DNA of 64,000 bases from Fonticula alba ATCC 38817 (GCA_000388065.2 KB932202.1); one strand, 5' to 3'; counted from the first letter of the stretch, positions 36,714 to 49,400 are shown. Program-made: numbers and translations. The notes: generated by a model not told the origin, from the sequence alone.

Positions 36714-37917
36714 GCTCGGGATTGCGCCAGGCGGAGAGGGAATGTGACAAGAGGAAGGGGGCGAGGGCGCGAAGAAGAGTGGGAGACGCGAAAGCCGTGC
36801 AAAGTAGGAGGAGGGGAAGGAGAGGCAACACTGGCGGTCAATAGGCGTCCCTGGTCGGCACATGTCTGGCCCTTTAGGTGCACGATCTCGACATCCGGAC
36901 CGGCGTACCGGAGAGAGGCGACACCGTGTTGGCCTCGGTCAGAGGCGCCCCGGGGGCCCCGGGCCTTGGGCAAGGTGAAACTCGCCCAAAGGCTGTGAGC
37001 CCAGAGTGGTGGTCCGGCGATCGGAGAGACTGCCCGACCAAGGGACGGGACGGGGGAGGGGCCGGGGGGGGGGGAGAGTCAACACACCTCGATCGATGCT
37101 TCTGTTATTTTCTTCCGCCGCTCGGCCCCCCCCCCCCCCCTGCGCCAGCTCGCCCTAACGGCCAGAACACGCTAACCCCCACCGTCCCCCAACACCGGGG
37201 AGGGGTTGTAGCCTTCCATCCTCGGGGGGCGCCCAGCCCGAGGGAGAAAATGGGACGCGCGCCCGAACACACACGTACAGACACATGCACACACACACAA
37301 ACACACACACACACACACATCGAGAGAAAGGGAGAGGGTCGGGAAACCGCGGCGCGGGTGTCAAAGGGCGTGTTGACGAGTTGTCTTGGCGCTTCCGTCG
37401 GCAGTCCTGGGCCAACGAACAGGATCCCCGCGGAGCGCGGCGCTGGGTCGTCCGGCGGCGGTTCGCCGTCCCCCACCGGGAGCGTCAGCACAAGCCCAGG
37501 CGCACTCCCCCCCCCCCCCCCCCCCCCTTGGGTGTCCCCACGCCACCAGGCGCCGAGAAGGGTATGTTGGGCCGCCCCGCGGGCTGACGCCACGGCCACA
37601 GGCACTCGCAGGGGGCGGGCGGGCGGGCGGGCGGGCGGGCAGGGATCAGGTGGAGACCGGCACACAGGCGGGGGGCCGTTAGAGACAACCCCCCACCCGC
37701 CCGAACCCAGACAGATGAGCCGGGACTGTTTCGCGCCCTGGCGCACATGCTGGCCACACCGCCTCTCCTCCCCGCGCTCGTCCCGCCGCCTCGCCCCTCT
37801 TGCTTCCCTTGCCCGACCCCATTGGGCACCGCCGTCTCTCTTCGCCCCCACCCGCTCCGCCCGTTCCGCCCGTTCCGCTTGCCCGCGCTCCCACGCTCGC
37901 GCACTCTTCCCCCCACC

Positions 37918-39265
37918 ATGACCCGGAGCAAGGTCCAGTCCTCCGCTGGCTCCAAGAAGGGCGTCGACTCGCTCCGCTGGGGCCGCGATGGCTTCGAGCA
38001 AATGGTCGCCTCTGACCTGTCCAAGAAGCGGGGCGGCAAGCGCCGCGTCCAGCAGCTCAACAGCACTACCATGCCCGGCCTGCCGATCCCGGTGCTCCGC
38101 TCGGTTGTCTCCTCCAATCTGGCCGGGCGTGTTTCTCTCGCCGGCGGCCCGGTCATCGGCACCGCCAAGAAGGCCAAGAAGGCCAAGATTCAGCAGCAGC
38201 AGCAGCAGCAGCTGACCCAGAAGAAGCAGAAGACAGCGCAGCAACAGTCCAAGCAGTTTTTGGCCAACCTGCCAAGCGACCTGCGCGGTCGCATTCAAAT
38301 TGGCGGCGCTGCCGGCAGCACTCCCAACGTCGTTGCCAAGACCTCCGGCGGTCCCGCCAAGACAGCTGGCGGTGCTACGCGCAAGACCCCCGCCCCGAAG
38401 GTTACCACCTCCCTGCCCTCCGTTGTTTCGCCCCTGAAGGCCGGTCTGTCGGGGAACATCTCGGTCCGTCCTCTTCCCCCGCCCGAGGGGCCCACCTCAT
38501 GTGCTGCTGCTTCTGCTTCACCTCGTACCACTGACACCGTGCTGCGCTCTTGCTGTTCCTCCTCTTTCTCTCTCCCCCTTTTCGCGTGCTCCTCTTCCCC
38601 TCCGCCCTTTTGTCGTCCCCCATCCTCCCCTTCTTTCGCCCTGCCCCTCGCTCGTGCTGTAGGCTCCTGCCCGCGCCACGGATGAGGGCACCCTCCTCCT
38701 GATTCGCAACCTGGTTCCCCAGTGCAACATCCAGGTGCGTGCCAGCTGTGCTTCTTCCTTCGCCCGCGCCCTCCTCCGGCAATGCAAGCCAAAGATCCTC
38801 ACCCACTCTCTCCCCGCCCCCTCCCCCCCGTGATGCCACATGTAGGAGCTCCTCTCGGGCATTGAGTCGCTTGGTGTTGAGTACAACGACCAGCGCACCG
38901 CTGTTCGGGTTCGCTTCGCCCTTCGCAACCAGGCTCTCCAGTTTATCAAGGACTATGATGGTCTCAATGTTGACGGTACGTGATGGCTTTTGCCCGTCTT
39001 TCGCTTTCACCGCCTGCAACGGCCCTTTCGAACTGCCTTCCTCGGGTGCCCACTCACACCATGCAACTCTGTGCTTGCCATCTTCCGCCCTGTTGTCTCT
39101 CTCTTTCTCTCTTTCTCTCTTTCTCTCTCTTTCTCTCTCTTTCTCTCTCTTTCTCTCTCTTTCTCTCTTTCTCTCTTTCTCTCTTTCTCTCTTTCTCTCT
39201 TTCTCTCTTTCTCTCTTTCTCTCTTTCTCCCCTTCTCTTTTTCTCCCCTTCTCTCTTTCTCCCCT

Positions 39266-39296
<31 letters not shown>

Positions 39297-39376
39297 CTTT
39301 CTCTCCTTCTCTCTTTCTCGCCTTGTCTCCCCTCCCAGGCAACCGTCTGGAGGTCTCTCTGGTGACCAACAATTGA
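37918..39376 (+). CDS. Basic protein with C-terminal RRM, ALYREF/POLDIP3-like, 4 exons, ~261 aa
   Basis: Model join(37918..38463,38663..38734,38846..38975,39339..39376) is 786 nt. The RRM reads TLLLIRNL...VRVRFALRNQALQFIKDYDGLNVDGNRLEVSLV, resembling the ALY/REF RRM C-half (A.V.F....DAL.A.K.YNG..LDGR.M.I.LV). Confidence 0.7.
39099..39315 (+). repeat. (TTCTCTCT/CT)n polypyrimidine microsatellite in the last intron of the RRM gene
   Basis: Directly visible. Confidence 0.9.
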
Positions 39377-39676
39377 CCAGGCGACGCCCTACTGGGAGCC
39401 CTCCTCCTCGTTGGCATGCAACACATACATCGACCCGCACGCCCACCCACCCACCCACCCACCGACATATCCTCATATTGCCCTTGTTCCAACGCCCTTT
39501 GTCAGGGCCTGAAAAATAAAAAGTCCTCAAAATCACCCGCCCGACGGGGATCCCATGCACCGGCCACAGGAGGAGCAGGATGCGAGGGAAGAAAGGCAGG
39601 CAGACAGACAGCAGTGACAGGGTCACACACAAACAGGGCTCCCTCTCTATTTCAACAGCCCGGCCTGTGCGGCCTC

Positions 39677-40177
39677 TCACCGCCACTTGGCGAGCAGGTG
39701 TTTCGAGAAGCGCAAGAGCAAGCCCGAGGTGATCAGGGCCACCGAGGCCGGAATCCCATGGTAAAGGCCGGAGAGGAAAAGCTGGAAAATGGACCGCGGA
39801 GTGACCTTCGAGTCACCCTCCAGTGCGGGCATGAGGGGCTCATCATCCAGCCCGTCCGGGTCCAGGGGTTTCCCGCTGACTGTGCGCAGCCCAGGCGACG
39901 AGGAGGGCGAGGAAGAAGAGGGGATGGCACCGGCCGCTGGCGCAGTCAGCGGAGTGGGTGTCGGTGACACCGGTCCGTCAAACAGCCGCGCCACATCGGT
40001 CGTCGTTTGGATGGAGTAGAGGTCTGGCGACTCGGCCAGTGAGTCCGGCAGCGAGGTCAGCAGGACCGTCCCGCTGCCATGGCACAGAGGGCAGGTAGCG
40101 CAAACCGGCTGGACCGGAACATCGTCTTCACTGGTGGAAAGCTCGGCCAGGAGAACATCCTCACTGGCACTGGACAT
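39677..40177 (-). CDS. Small hypothetical protein (166 aa) with CxxCxxCxGxG motif and C-terminal hydrophobic helix
   Basis: Single-exon ORF from ATG 40177 in good context (ACCATG). It contains VCATCPLCHGSG and the C-terminal segment GLYHGIPASVALITSGLLLRFSKHLLAKWR. Confidence 0.55.
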   Translation of the reverse strand: MSSASEDVLLAELSTSEDDVPVQPVCATCPLCHGSGTVLLTSLPDSLAESPDLYSIQTTTDVARLFDGPVSPTPTPLTAPAAGAIPSSSSPSSSPGLRTVSGKPLDPDGLDDEPLMPALEGDSKVTPRSIFQLFLSGLYHGIPASVALITSGLLLRFSKHLLAKWR

Positions 40178-41218
40178 GGTGTAGACTGTCGGACCTTCGG
40201 GTAAGGGGGGGGAAAAGGGGAGGAGGATGGAGGGCCAGAAAACCCCGGCGGCGGGGCAGGAAACACCCAAGGGGCAGCGGGAGGGGGGGGGGGGGGGAAA
40301 GGGTCGCAGGGTGGGGGTAAAAGAGTGGCTAGGTGGGGAGCCCGTGCTTGGGAAATTCCCTCTCCCCCCCGAAAAGTCCCCCTCAACCGCCGGGCTGGCT
40401 GCTGCTTTTGCCTTGCCCTTGTTTCTGTTCCCCCGCCCCCTCCGCTACCGAGATCGCTTGATCCGGGGGCATCTGCGCAGGGACCTTCGTTGGCACCTTC
40501 CGCACGTGGGATAAACCTCGGAGATGGCCCACTTCCCCTGCCGCATCATCGCTAGGTGAGGGGGCGCAGGTATGCATGTACAGACGGCACATCTGTACAC
40601 ACAGGCCCGCGCCTGCTCGCGGCTGCACACGCACACGCACACGCACACGCACACACATCCATATGTGCATACACGTCTACCTCGTTCGCAGACCCGTCCG
40701 AGGCCTCGCTCAAGGCACCCCCGTCGGCCGTTGCACCCTTGCACCTTTGGCCGGGACCATTGTTTGGCGGAACGCGCCAGATGGATGCCGCTGCCTGCTA
40801 CGGTGTTGGCCGACGCCCGATCGCGCGCACGAGAGGCTCGCCCTCGGGGTCATACACGCGGCCCGGTGCCCATGCGTCAGCCAGGCCCCCTGCGGCTGGC
40901 AGTCGCCATGACACAGCCTGCGCCATCGGACGCTGCCCTTTTGAGAGTCACCCCGGCAGCCTGCTCCAGCCCCAGACTGATTCGTCCCAGCTGGCTCCTC
41001 CTCCCCGCGCCCCGCTCATCCCTTTTGGCTGTGCCCTTTGCCCTGCCTGTGGCCCTCTCCACCAGTCTAGACTCCCGCCCCGCCCCCCCCCCCTCCCCCC
41101 GCCCTCGCCCATCCCGTGCATCGGACGCTGCCTCCCCCCTACCGTACTCCTCCCCCCCCCCCCCCCGGACGGCCAGCACCCGGGGGTCCCTGCTGTCGCN
41201 NNNNNNNNNNNNNNNCTG

Positions 41219-44023
41219 ATGTTACGCTCGCTCTCGTATCCGGTGGGCCGGCATGTAACCTGGCAGTCGGCCTCGGAGACCACCTTTGCCGGGGCTCGGC
41301 TGTCGGCCTTGCGCCAGCTGTCGACCATTGCCCAACCACCGAGCGATGCACCCGCCGATGCATCCGCCGATGCATCCGCCGCTGAGCCTGACCTCCAGTC
41401 TCCGGCCACCGTGAAACCCCTGGAGACACGCCGGCGAGCCAGCAAGAAGAAGACCCTGCTGTTGCAGTTCGGCACAAGCTCCGACAGCTGGTACAGTGCA
41501 TCCAGTGCGCGATCCTGCTCGTCCATCATCTCGGTCCCGCCGATGGTCCCGCTGTCCACCCTGCTGCCGGATGCCGACCCCGGGGCCACGGTTCCCCTTG
41601 ATGCCATCCCCTCGACCAACTTGGTGGAGGTGGCCGCCGCCCTGGGCATCGACCGGCCAGTGCGGATAACCGACGCACACCAACTTGGCCTCCTGCCCTC
41701 GGTGACTAGCGTGCTGAGGATCGCGGCCCAGCCGGGGATCGCCGAGTGGCGGCAATCCCAGCTCCTGACTGCCGCGCTGGATGTCAACGAGCACCTCTGG
41801 CAGCGAGGCATCCGGGTCCTCGGGGTCCGGCCCGAAGCATCGACCGTGCTCAACTCCCTTGGCAAGGACATCACCTCGGTGGCCACCCCTTACGTGAATG
41901 ATGTTGTCCGGGCCACGGCTCGTGTGGCACGTGCGTGGTAGATCGCTTTGTGCTTGCTCCTCCTCCCCCTCCGCCTCCTCCTCCTCCTCTTATCCCTCTC
42001 TGTAGCAGCCTCTTCCCGGGCTTTCCGTCCGACTGACATCCCTTTATCCTTTCCGTTTGCACAACGCACGGCACATGGCCGCGCCCACGCCCACGCCCAA
42101 CGCACCCCGTTGCCCAGAACACTCCATGGAGACCGACGACATGGCGGCCGATGACCCCACAGTTCGATTCTACCCCGGGCCCGAGAACAACGCCGAGCGC
42201 CATCCCTTCCCTCTGCCGCCCGCCGGTTGGGCCGAGCCCGCCCCGCGGCATGTCATCAAGCATGTCCTTGATATTGGGCACTCGCTGACCTGCGAGCCGG
42301 CCCTGCCGCCACTGACCAGCACGCTGGAACCCTCCGATGAGCGTCTCCGTGCGATTGATCTCGCTCCCGAGGGCGAAGATTTGGCCGCTGACTCGGAACT
42401 CCTGGACATTTTGTCCCAACTGGACGATCAAGATCCCATGCCGCCACGGGCAGCCGACGTTGCTGTTGCCCCTGCTTCCCAGGACGAAGATCGGCCAGAT
42501 GCCGGTGCTGCCGCCACCACCGGCGCTGCTGTGTCGGCCAGCCCCTCGGCCGCCATCCAGGCAGACCCCTTTGACGATGGTGATTTGCTGGCGGCGTTTG
42601 CTCGTGCCTTCGACGAGGAGAAGGATATCCCCCTCGCCGCGAGTCCCACGAGCACGGTTGACCTCTCGATCGATGATCTACCCCCCGGGATTGATCCCTC
42701 CGAGGTTGCCCCTCTGTCGATGGACCTGTTGATGGAGTTCCCACCGATGGCGACACCCCGCTTCGATGCTCCATCGGCGACTCGGCGTGTTCGCTCGACA
42801 CCTCCCATGCTGGTGGAGACCTCCCAGCTGCCGGCCTCCCTGTTGGAAACCCGCGAGTCCTATGATCAGGTATGTGCTCCTTCCGGGGGCCGCCCCGCAT
42901 GTGGCTCGGCATGCCGGATACCTCTTGATGCCCAAAAGACTAACACCCGACATGATATATCGACCGCGATCACTCCCACCCACTCGCACACACACACACA
43001 CACACACAGGATGCCTTTGTCCGGGACACGCTGGCTTTGTTCTACCGGCGGAATCGCCACTACTCGGAGCTCGGATCACTGGTACACAGCCTGGTGGAGG
43101 GGACTCTGCGCGAGTGGCAATGGGCTCGGGCCTTGGACAGCCCAAACCCGGAGGCCATTCTAGGCCCAGGACTCGGACACTTCTCGGCCATCGGCGGCCC
43201 GCCGGCCACCGAGTGGCCCAACATTCTGGACCCCATTCGCCAGCAGGTGCTTGCGTGGGTGGAGGACAATGTCGAACGCATCGAACTATTGGAGCCCTCT
43301 TTCGCGCACCGGTATGGCTTCGGTGGCCGAGCGGATTTGGTATGTGTGCTGAAGCCGCGCTTGGACTTGGGGCTCGCCCCGGTCCGGGCAGTGGTCGACT
43401 TCAAGACGCAGAATGTCCATTCCGGCCGGCGGCCACGCTTCCCCGCAGACTGGGCTGCCCAACTTAGCGCCTATGCCGTGGGCTTGCGCCGGCCGAATGC
43501 GGCTCTCGTCAATGTGGTGCTCAATGTCTCGCCTCTGGGTGTGGGCCAACTTTACGAGAAGATCTGGACCCCGGGCCTCCCATTGGCCTTGGAGGATGAG
43601 ATTTGTCCGCCCAGCCGGCTGGAGCCATTGTCCCAGGAGTCCGAGTGCCCTGACGGCTCACCTGCCTCCACTCCCACCGGGACCAAGGGCACGACGAAGG
43701 GTCCTCGGATTGGGCTGAATGCTCCATACTGGCGGGCCTTTGTTCACTCTCTGCACCTGTGGTCCGGGCCATTGGGGAGAAACTACTCCCCGGGGGTGGC
43801 CCTGGCAGCGTCTGGGCGTGCTCGTGTCCCCGGCGAAGGGCCGGACCTGGCTGGCCCGCGCGACGACATGGACATTCCCCTCTCCTGGGAGGGTGTGATG
43901 GCTGATGCCCAGGATCCGAGCATCACGCGCATCTTTTCGGAATTCCCCTCCATCGATCTGCCGGCTGAGGAGGGCCCGAACACCGCCATCACCTGGTCGC
44001 TCGATCCCATCGGGCCTGCCTGA
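41219..44023 (+). CDS. PD-(D/E)XK RecB-like exonuclease (MGME1-like/phage exonuclease-like), putative mitochondrial, 3 exons, ~825 aa
   Basis: Model join(41219..41930,42118..42869,43010..44023) is 2478 nt with matching phases; the start abuts a gap. Motifs are LLPSVTSVL..AAQP.IAEW, ELGSLVH, LLEPSFAH.YGFGGRADL, VVDFKT and QLSAYA. The N-terminus is Arg/Ser/Ala-rich and presequence-like. Confidence 0.85.
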
Positions 44024-44536
44024 CCTGGGGCCAATACATGCATCTGTGTTTGTAAGTGCGGTATTATTCCGCCCCCCCCCCCCTCCTCCATCTCAATCCA
44101 TACACACACATACACACACATACACATGCACACACAGAGACGCATCACTGTCGGCTTTGAACCGCAACCACTGTAGATAAGAGAGGCATTCTCTGCTGAA
44201 GAGGGAAGAAACGCAAGTCCGTACGTTTGAAAGATCCAGCTTTGCCTTTTCCCTCTTCAACTTCACCTCCCAGGTAGGAGAGGGGAGAGCAGGCGTGCAC
44301 ACACATGCACGCGCGCACGCGCGTACGCACGCGAAGTGGTGACATTCGCTCGTGTGTGTGTGTGTGAGAAAGAGAGAGGGAGAGAGAGAGAGAGAGCCTG
44401 GGCATCGGTGAGCCTATGCCCACATGCCCAAGCGGAGGGGGGATTTATGAATGAAACGGAAGATAGATATAGATTGACAGGGAAGGGCAACTGCTGATGT
44501 GTGCAGAGCTCCAAGAGCAAGACCAGGAGGGAGGAT

Positions 44537-45290
44537 CTACTGCTGCGACGCCGCCGGCTCGGCCCGCGAGCAGGACTTGTGTAGGCCAGCTTCGAGGAGA
44601 CGCGCGCGCAGGACCTCCAGCACGCGCGGCCAGATGCCAGCCGCTGAGGCAAGACCGGCTGGGATGCTGCAATTCGCGAAGCACTGGCGCCGGCCCGTCA
44701 TCAGAACTGGAACAGGCGAGGGGGACAGTTAGCAAGCTTCGGCGTGTGGTCATCAAGAAGGCGCATCAAGAGACAGAGAGAGAGGGAGGGAGGGAGGGAG
44801 GAAGAGAGGGAGAGAGAAAAAACAGAAGGGGGAAACCGGAAGCGGCATCAGGAAAGAAGAGCAACAAAAAAGACAGCCATGCGGAAGACACACCGATCGC
44901 GCGACTAAGCTTCATGCTAAGCTCATCATCATCGCCCGGGAGAATCGTCGTTGAGAGGGGACCAAGGGGGCCAGCCTGCGGGCCGGCCGATGCCGACAAG
45001 GCCAGTGCCTCGCCAAGATGCTCATCCAGGCCGATCCACACCCACATGCTCTCGGGCGACAGGGCAATGAGCAGGATGTGGATAAATTGGCCCTGGAGCG
45101 GGAAGGGGGCGGGGGAGGGGGGGGATGGCGATACGAAGGTCAGCCGACGCGACAGAGAGGGGCCTGAGCTGCGGCGGTGTGGGTACACTTGTCAAATGCC
45201 TCGGCCCGAGGTGAGGGGACTATGTACCGGCAGAACTACGCAAGGGTCCGTGAAACGGAAGATCTCTGGAGCGCTGCTAGCCTGTGTCAT
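44537..45290 (-). CDS. PSMG4: Proteasome assembly chaperone 4 (PAC4/PSMG4-like), 3 exons, ~143 aa
   Basis: Model complement(44537..44706,44894..45092,45228..45290) is 432 nt. FIHILLIALSPESMWVWIG...LALS...PLSTTIL...ELSMKLSRAI..TGRRQCFANCSI parallels human PSMG4 (FHVMRLTDSLFLWVG...LAVA...PVSTSLL...LAQRL.RKTNKQVFVSYNL). Confidence 0.75.
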
Positions 45291-46406
45291 GGTCAGACGA
45301 GGGAGGCCGAGATCGGAAGACAGGGGCGTCAAGGGGGACGGGGGGGAGGGAGAGAGAGAGAGAGAGGCAGGGAGGGAGGGGGGGAGGGCACAGCAGGAGG
45401 GGCGGTCATGACGAGAGGAGATCCCGCCAACACCGGTCCCCGTTCGCTCTGGGAGGGCGCTCCTGCAAATTGCACCGAACTCGGATGGAGGTGCTTTGCA
45501 CAATCCATCGATCGATCCCGATGTCACGCCTCACCGTAACGTGATGTGCCGTCCTGGGCTGACTCAGTTGGTACCTGCCGGATCCATGCGCGCCGAGGCC
45601 CGGCGCGGGGGCCCCTCGGCCCTTGCGGACGGTGGTGCTGGGCCAGGAAGGGCGAGGCGTGTGGGGCCCGCGGGCCGCGGGATCGGCCATGAGGGCCAGC
45701 CGGTCGACGGCCGGCAAGCGTCCTCCCGAGCGTGCTCGGAACAAGGAGCAACAGTGGCAAGAGGCAAAGTGACGAGGGGGCAAGCGGGGTCACTCGCCTC
45801 GTGGGCAAGTGCGGGCAATTCAGCCTCGGCGGCATTCTCCACCGCCACACCTGGACGCGTGCACCGATGCCCAGCCCGAGGGATATGACTCAATGTGTGC
45901 TTGACTGGGTTCAGGCGGCTACCATGCGGCCCTGCTCCCCGCCCCCCCCCCCCCCCTTCTGAAGACGGGAGGGGGGGCACGGGCGTGGTGGGGACCGGTA
46001 AGCATGTGTTTGTGATTTATCGCGAAATCCACCCCCCAGGGGGGGGGGGGGTTCGCTGAGGCACACATCCCTCGTGTGTCCTCTCTGTGGCTCCAACATC
46101 GGGGGGGCCAAGAAAGCTCCGCACAGGGCTGGCGCGGCCGGCATCTAAGAGACCGCACCCTGGATGTCCCTGCTTACGGAGCACGATATGTCTCTCTCTC
46201 TCTCTCTCCCCCTCCCCTCCCCCTTCCATTTTCCCTCCTACTTTGTGTTTTGCCTTGCCCTCCCGCACGGGAACCCACCCCCCTCCCTCCTCCTCCCCGT
46301 TCTCCCCCTCCCCTTCTTGATCCATCGTTCTCTTTCCCCGATCCACTCCGGCCATCCCACCTCCCCTCCCTCCAGTCCTCCCCTTTCGGCTGCCTGTGTA
46401 AACGGC

Positions 46407-49400
46407 ATGCTCTCGCGATTGGGTCCCAACCTCGGCCGCGCCGCTCGAGCGACTGCCGTGCGCTGCCTGCGCTCCGCTGCTGCCGCCGCCTGCCCCCCGG
46501 CCACGGCGGCGGCAGCGACGGCGACCACAACCACGATACCGCTGCCCTCTGGGCCCCGGCTGGTTGTGCGTCAGATGGCCTCATTCCCTCGGTTTGGCCC
46601 TGGCGGCGGTCGTCTCGGCGGCCCCTTGCGTGCCACATCCATCTATCCCGTGAAGCCCAGTCGCAGGGCCGTGGCCGCGGCGAGCCTCGATGATTCGGTG
46701 GAGGTCTGGTCCTCCGGCAAGGGGGGACCCCACTCCAAGCGGGCAACCCGCCGGTGCGTCTCGCCCTCACTCCCGGTGCCCCTCTTCTCCCCCCCCCCCT
46801 TCCCTTCCCTCCCGACTCCGCCGCTGACACCCGCCTCGCGTCCGTGCTATCCCCAGTGACGCGCACTGGTTTTCCGAGAAAATCAAGAACCTGGCCCGGC
46901 ATGACTACATGGCAGCCTATGGTCTGCTGAAGGACATGCACAGACACCGGCAGCCGCCGACCACCATCCACTACAATCTCATCATCCAAGCAGCATCCAA
47001 GCGGGCCCAGTCCACCACCAGTATTGCCGAGGCATGCCAACACCGGAACCGGGCCATGGGCTTCTATCGCGAGGTATGTCCCCAAGGCCCGTCAGGGCCG
47101 GGGGCCTGCTGGTCCTCATGCTCGGTCTCTCCCGCACCCTTTCCTGCTTCGCCGGGCGTGCCTCTGACCTTTACATGCGCCCCTTGCTTTCCCCACGCCA
47201 CCTGGCAGATGCGCAAGGTGGGCATCCTCCCCTCCAGCACTACCTTCGTGCTGCTGTTGAAGTCCTGCTCGGCCAGCTTGGCCATCAATGATCTGTCCAA
47301 TCGCTATCTGCGGGAAATCCGCACCGATGTTTCCAATCCCGCCACCTCGGTGGATGCCTACTTCCACCGGACATACGCCCAGATTTGCAAGCTTTGGGAC
47401 GAGTACACCGACCGGGTGGCCATTGGCCGCAACCCGGAATCCGCACCGACTCAGGGGCTCCTCAACAAACACCTGCATCAGGTGGAGACTTTCTCCGAGG
47501 ACTCCATCCAAAACATGGACATCCGTGTGTTCAATGCCTTCACCCATTCGCTGGTCTTTTGCGGGGCCATCAAGCGGGCCTTCTCCGAGCTGGACTCCCT
47601 TGGCTACTCGGCCGGCCTGGAGCCGGATGCTCGGACCTACTCCTCCATGCTGACGGCCATGCAGATCATGGGCGACGTCAATGGCGCACTGCGACTCTAT
47701 GAGCATGCCATGGCTCGGGAGCTCCGGCACCGGGACTTTCGCATTGTCGACTCCTTCCTGGTTGGACGCCTGCTGACGGTGGGCCTGATCACCAAGTTCC
47801 GCCCGCTCCCGGACCCCTCGGACTCTCAGCGTGGTGACCCGCACACCAGCCTCACGCTGAATCCCTCCCTGCTGGACAGCAGCACCATTCGCCCGACCGA
47901 GGAGAGCACTGTGGCCGAGCTGACGCCCGATGTCATGAAGTCGGCCCAGGTGTCCATGATCAACCACTTCTTGCAATTCTGCACCAACTTGGAGTGCGTA
48001 CTGGCGCTCATAGCCCTGCATGCTGGGCGCGAACATGCCTGCCCTTTCCCCTCCCCCCCCCCCCCCCCCCCCCCCCCCTCCATCAGACACACCTTTCTCA
48101 CATGCCCTCTCTCTTGCCTCGCCTGCCTGGACACGCACGCCTCCGACATACTTCCCCCCTCCCCTCTCTCTCTCACACACACACACACGTATACACCCTC
48201 CATCCGCCATCTTGCCCATGGCAGCCGCTCTCCGGAGTATCTGGAAGAGCAGCGCCCCAGCCATAAGGACCTCCAAACAGCGGCCTTCATCGCACTGGCC
48301 ACTTATCGTCCGGACCTGGCGGCCGCGGTCATGGCTCGCATCGAGCAGTATCTCGGGGCGCCGTCCTTCTCCACCCTCGAGGTGCATCGTCTTTATCATG
48401 ACTTGAAGCAGACCACCGTCGAGCCGGTGGACATCTCCTTTCCGGATGTCTTCTTCCCGGAGCACTACCTCTACCCGGCCCTTGCGCATTTGGCGGCATT
48501 GGCCTCCTTCGCCTGGCCAAATGCCCTGCCCCGGGATGGGAACTCCTTCCTCGGCACCCATCCCAACATGGCCGGCTTGCCCTCGGCTTTCCTGTCTTCG
48601 GACCAGCAGCACGATGCCACTGCCTCGGTCTTGGGGCCACAGCTTTTCCGCAACATCCAAAATGTCGATATTCTTGATGCCCGCCGGGCGCACGTCCACC
48701 GCTGGGTCCTGTTGGCCATGTTGCGGGCCCCGGATTCGGCAAACATCGCCTGTGGCTGGGACGCCGTGGCCAATGCCATGAATGGCTACCGTGTGATTGG
48801 CGACCATAGCGAGGGTATGTGCTTTGCGGATTGTTGATTCTTTTGCCCCGCCTTTGTGCGCCATTCTCCGTCTAACAATCCTTCCCTGTCTCTTTGCTCC
48901 TCCCTCGCTTTGCTCGCACACGCGCAAACTTTGTATCCTCCTCTTTCTCTCTCTCTCTCTGCCTCCCTCTCCCTTTCTCCCTGGTCCTTTGCAGCGCTCG
49001 AGTTCAATCAGCACCTTATGGCCAAGCTCAATGCTGTTCGTGAGGAGTGGTTCCGGTCCAACAACGACATCGAGTCCGAGATCCGGGCGCACTTGAGCCA
49101 GCGCGTGCAGAGTCTTCTCGACCCACCCCCCTCGTACCACCGGACCCTCCGTGCCATTAAGCGAGACATGCGCCATTCCCCTTACAGCCCCCCCCGGCGC
49201 CGACTGGACCCGGATGCGACGCCTGAAACCACGCAGGAGCTGGCCCGACGCCTGGCCCCCTGTCCGATGGATGTGACGCTGGTCCAGCGAATCATGGCGG
49301 ACTTTATGGTGCGCTCCTTCCGCCGGAATGCCGACCACCTGCTGCGGGCCCTTCGCCAGGAGCGCGAACGTATCATGCTTCAAGAAGCGGCGCGTGCCCG

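Noticed and set aside
43010-44023. Cas4 or CRISPR association of the PD-(D/E)XK nuclease
   Set aside because: It has no 1+3 Cys Fe-S ligands, no array or cas neighbours, and the gene has spliceosomal introns.
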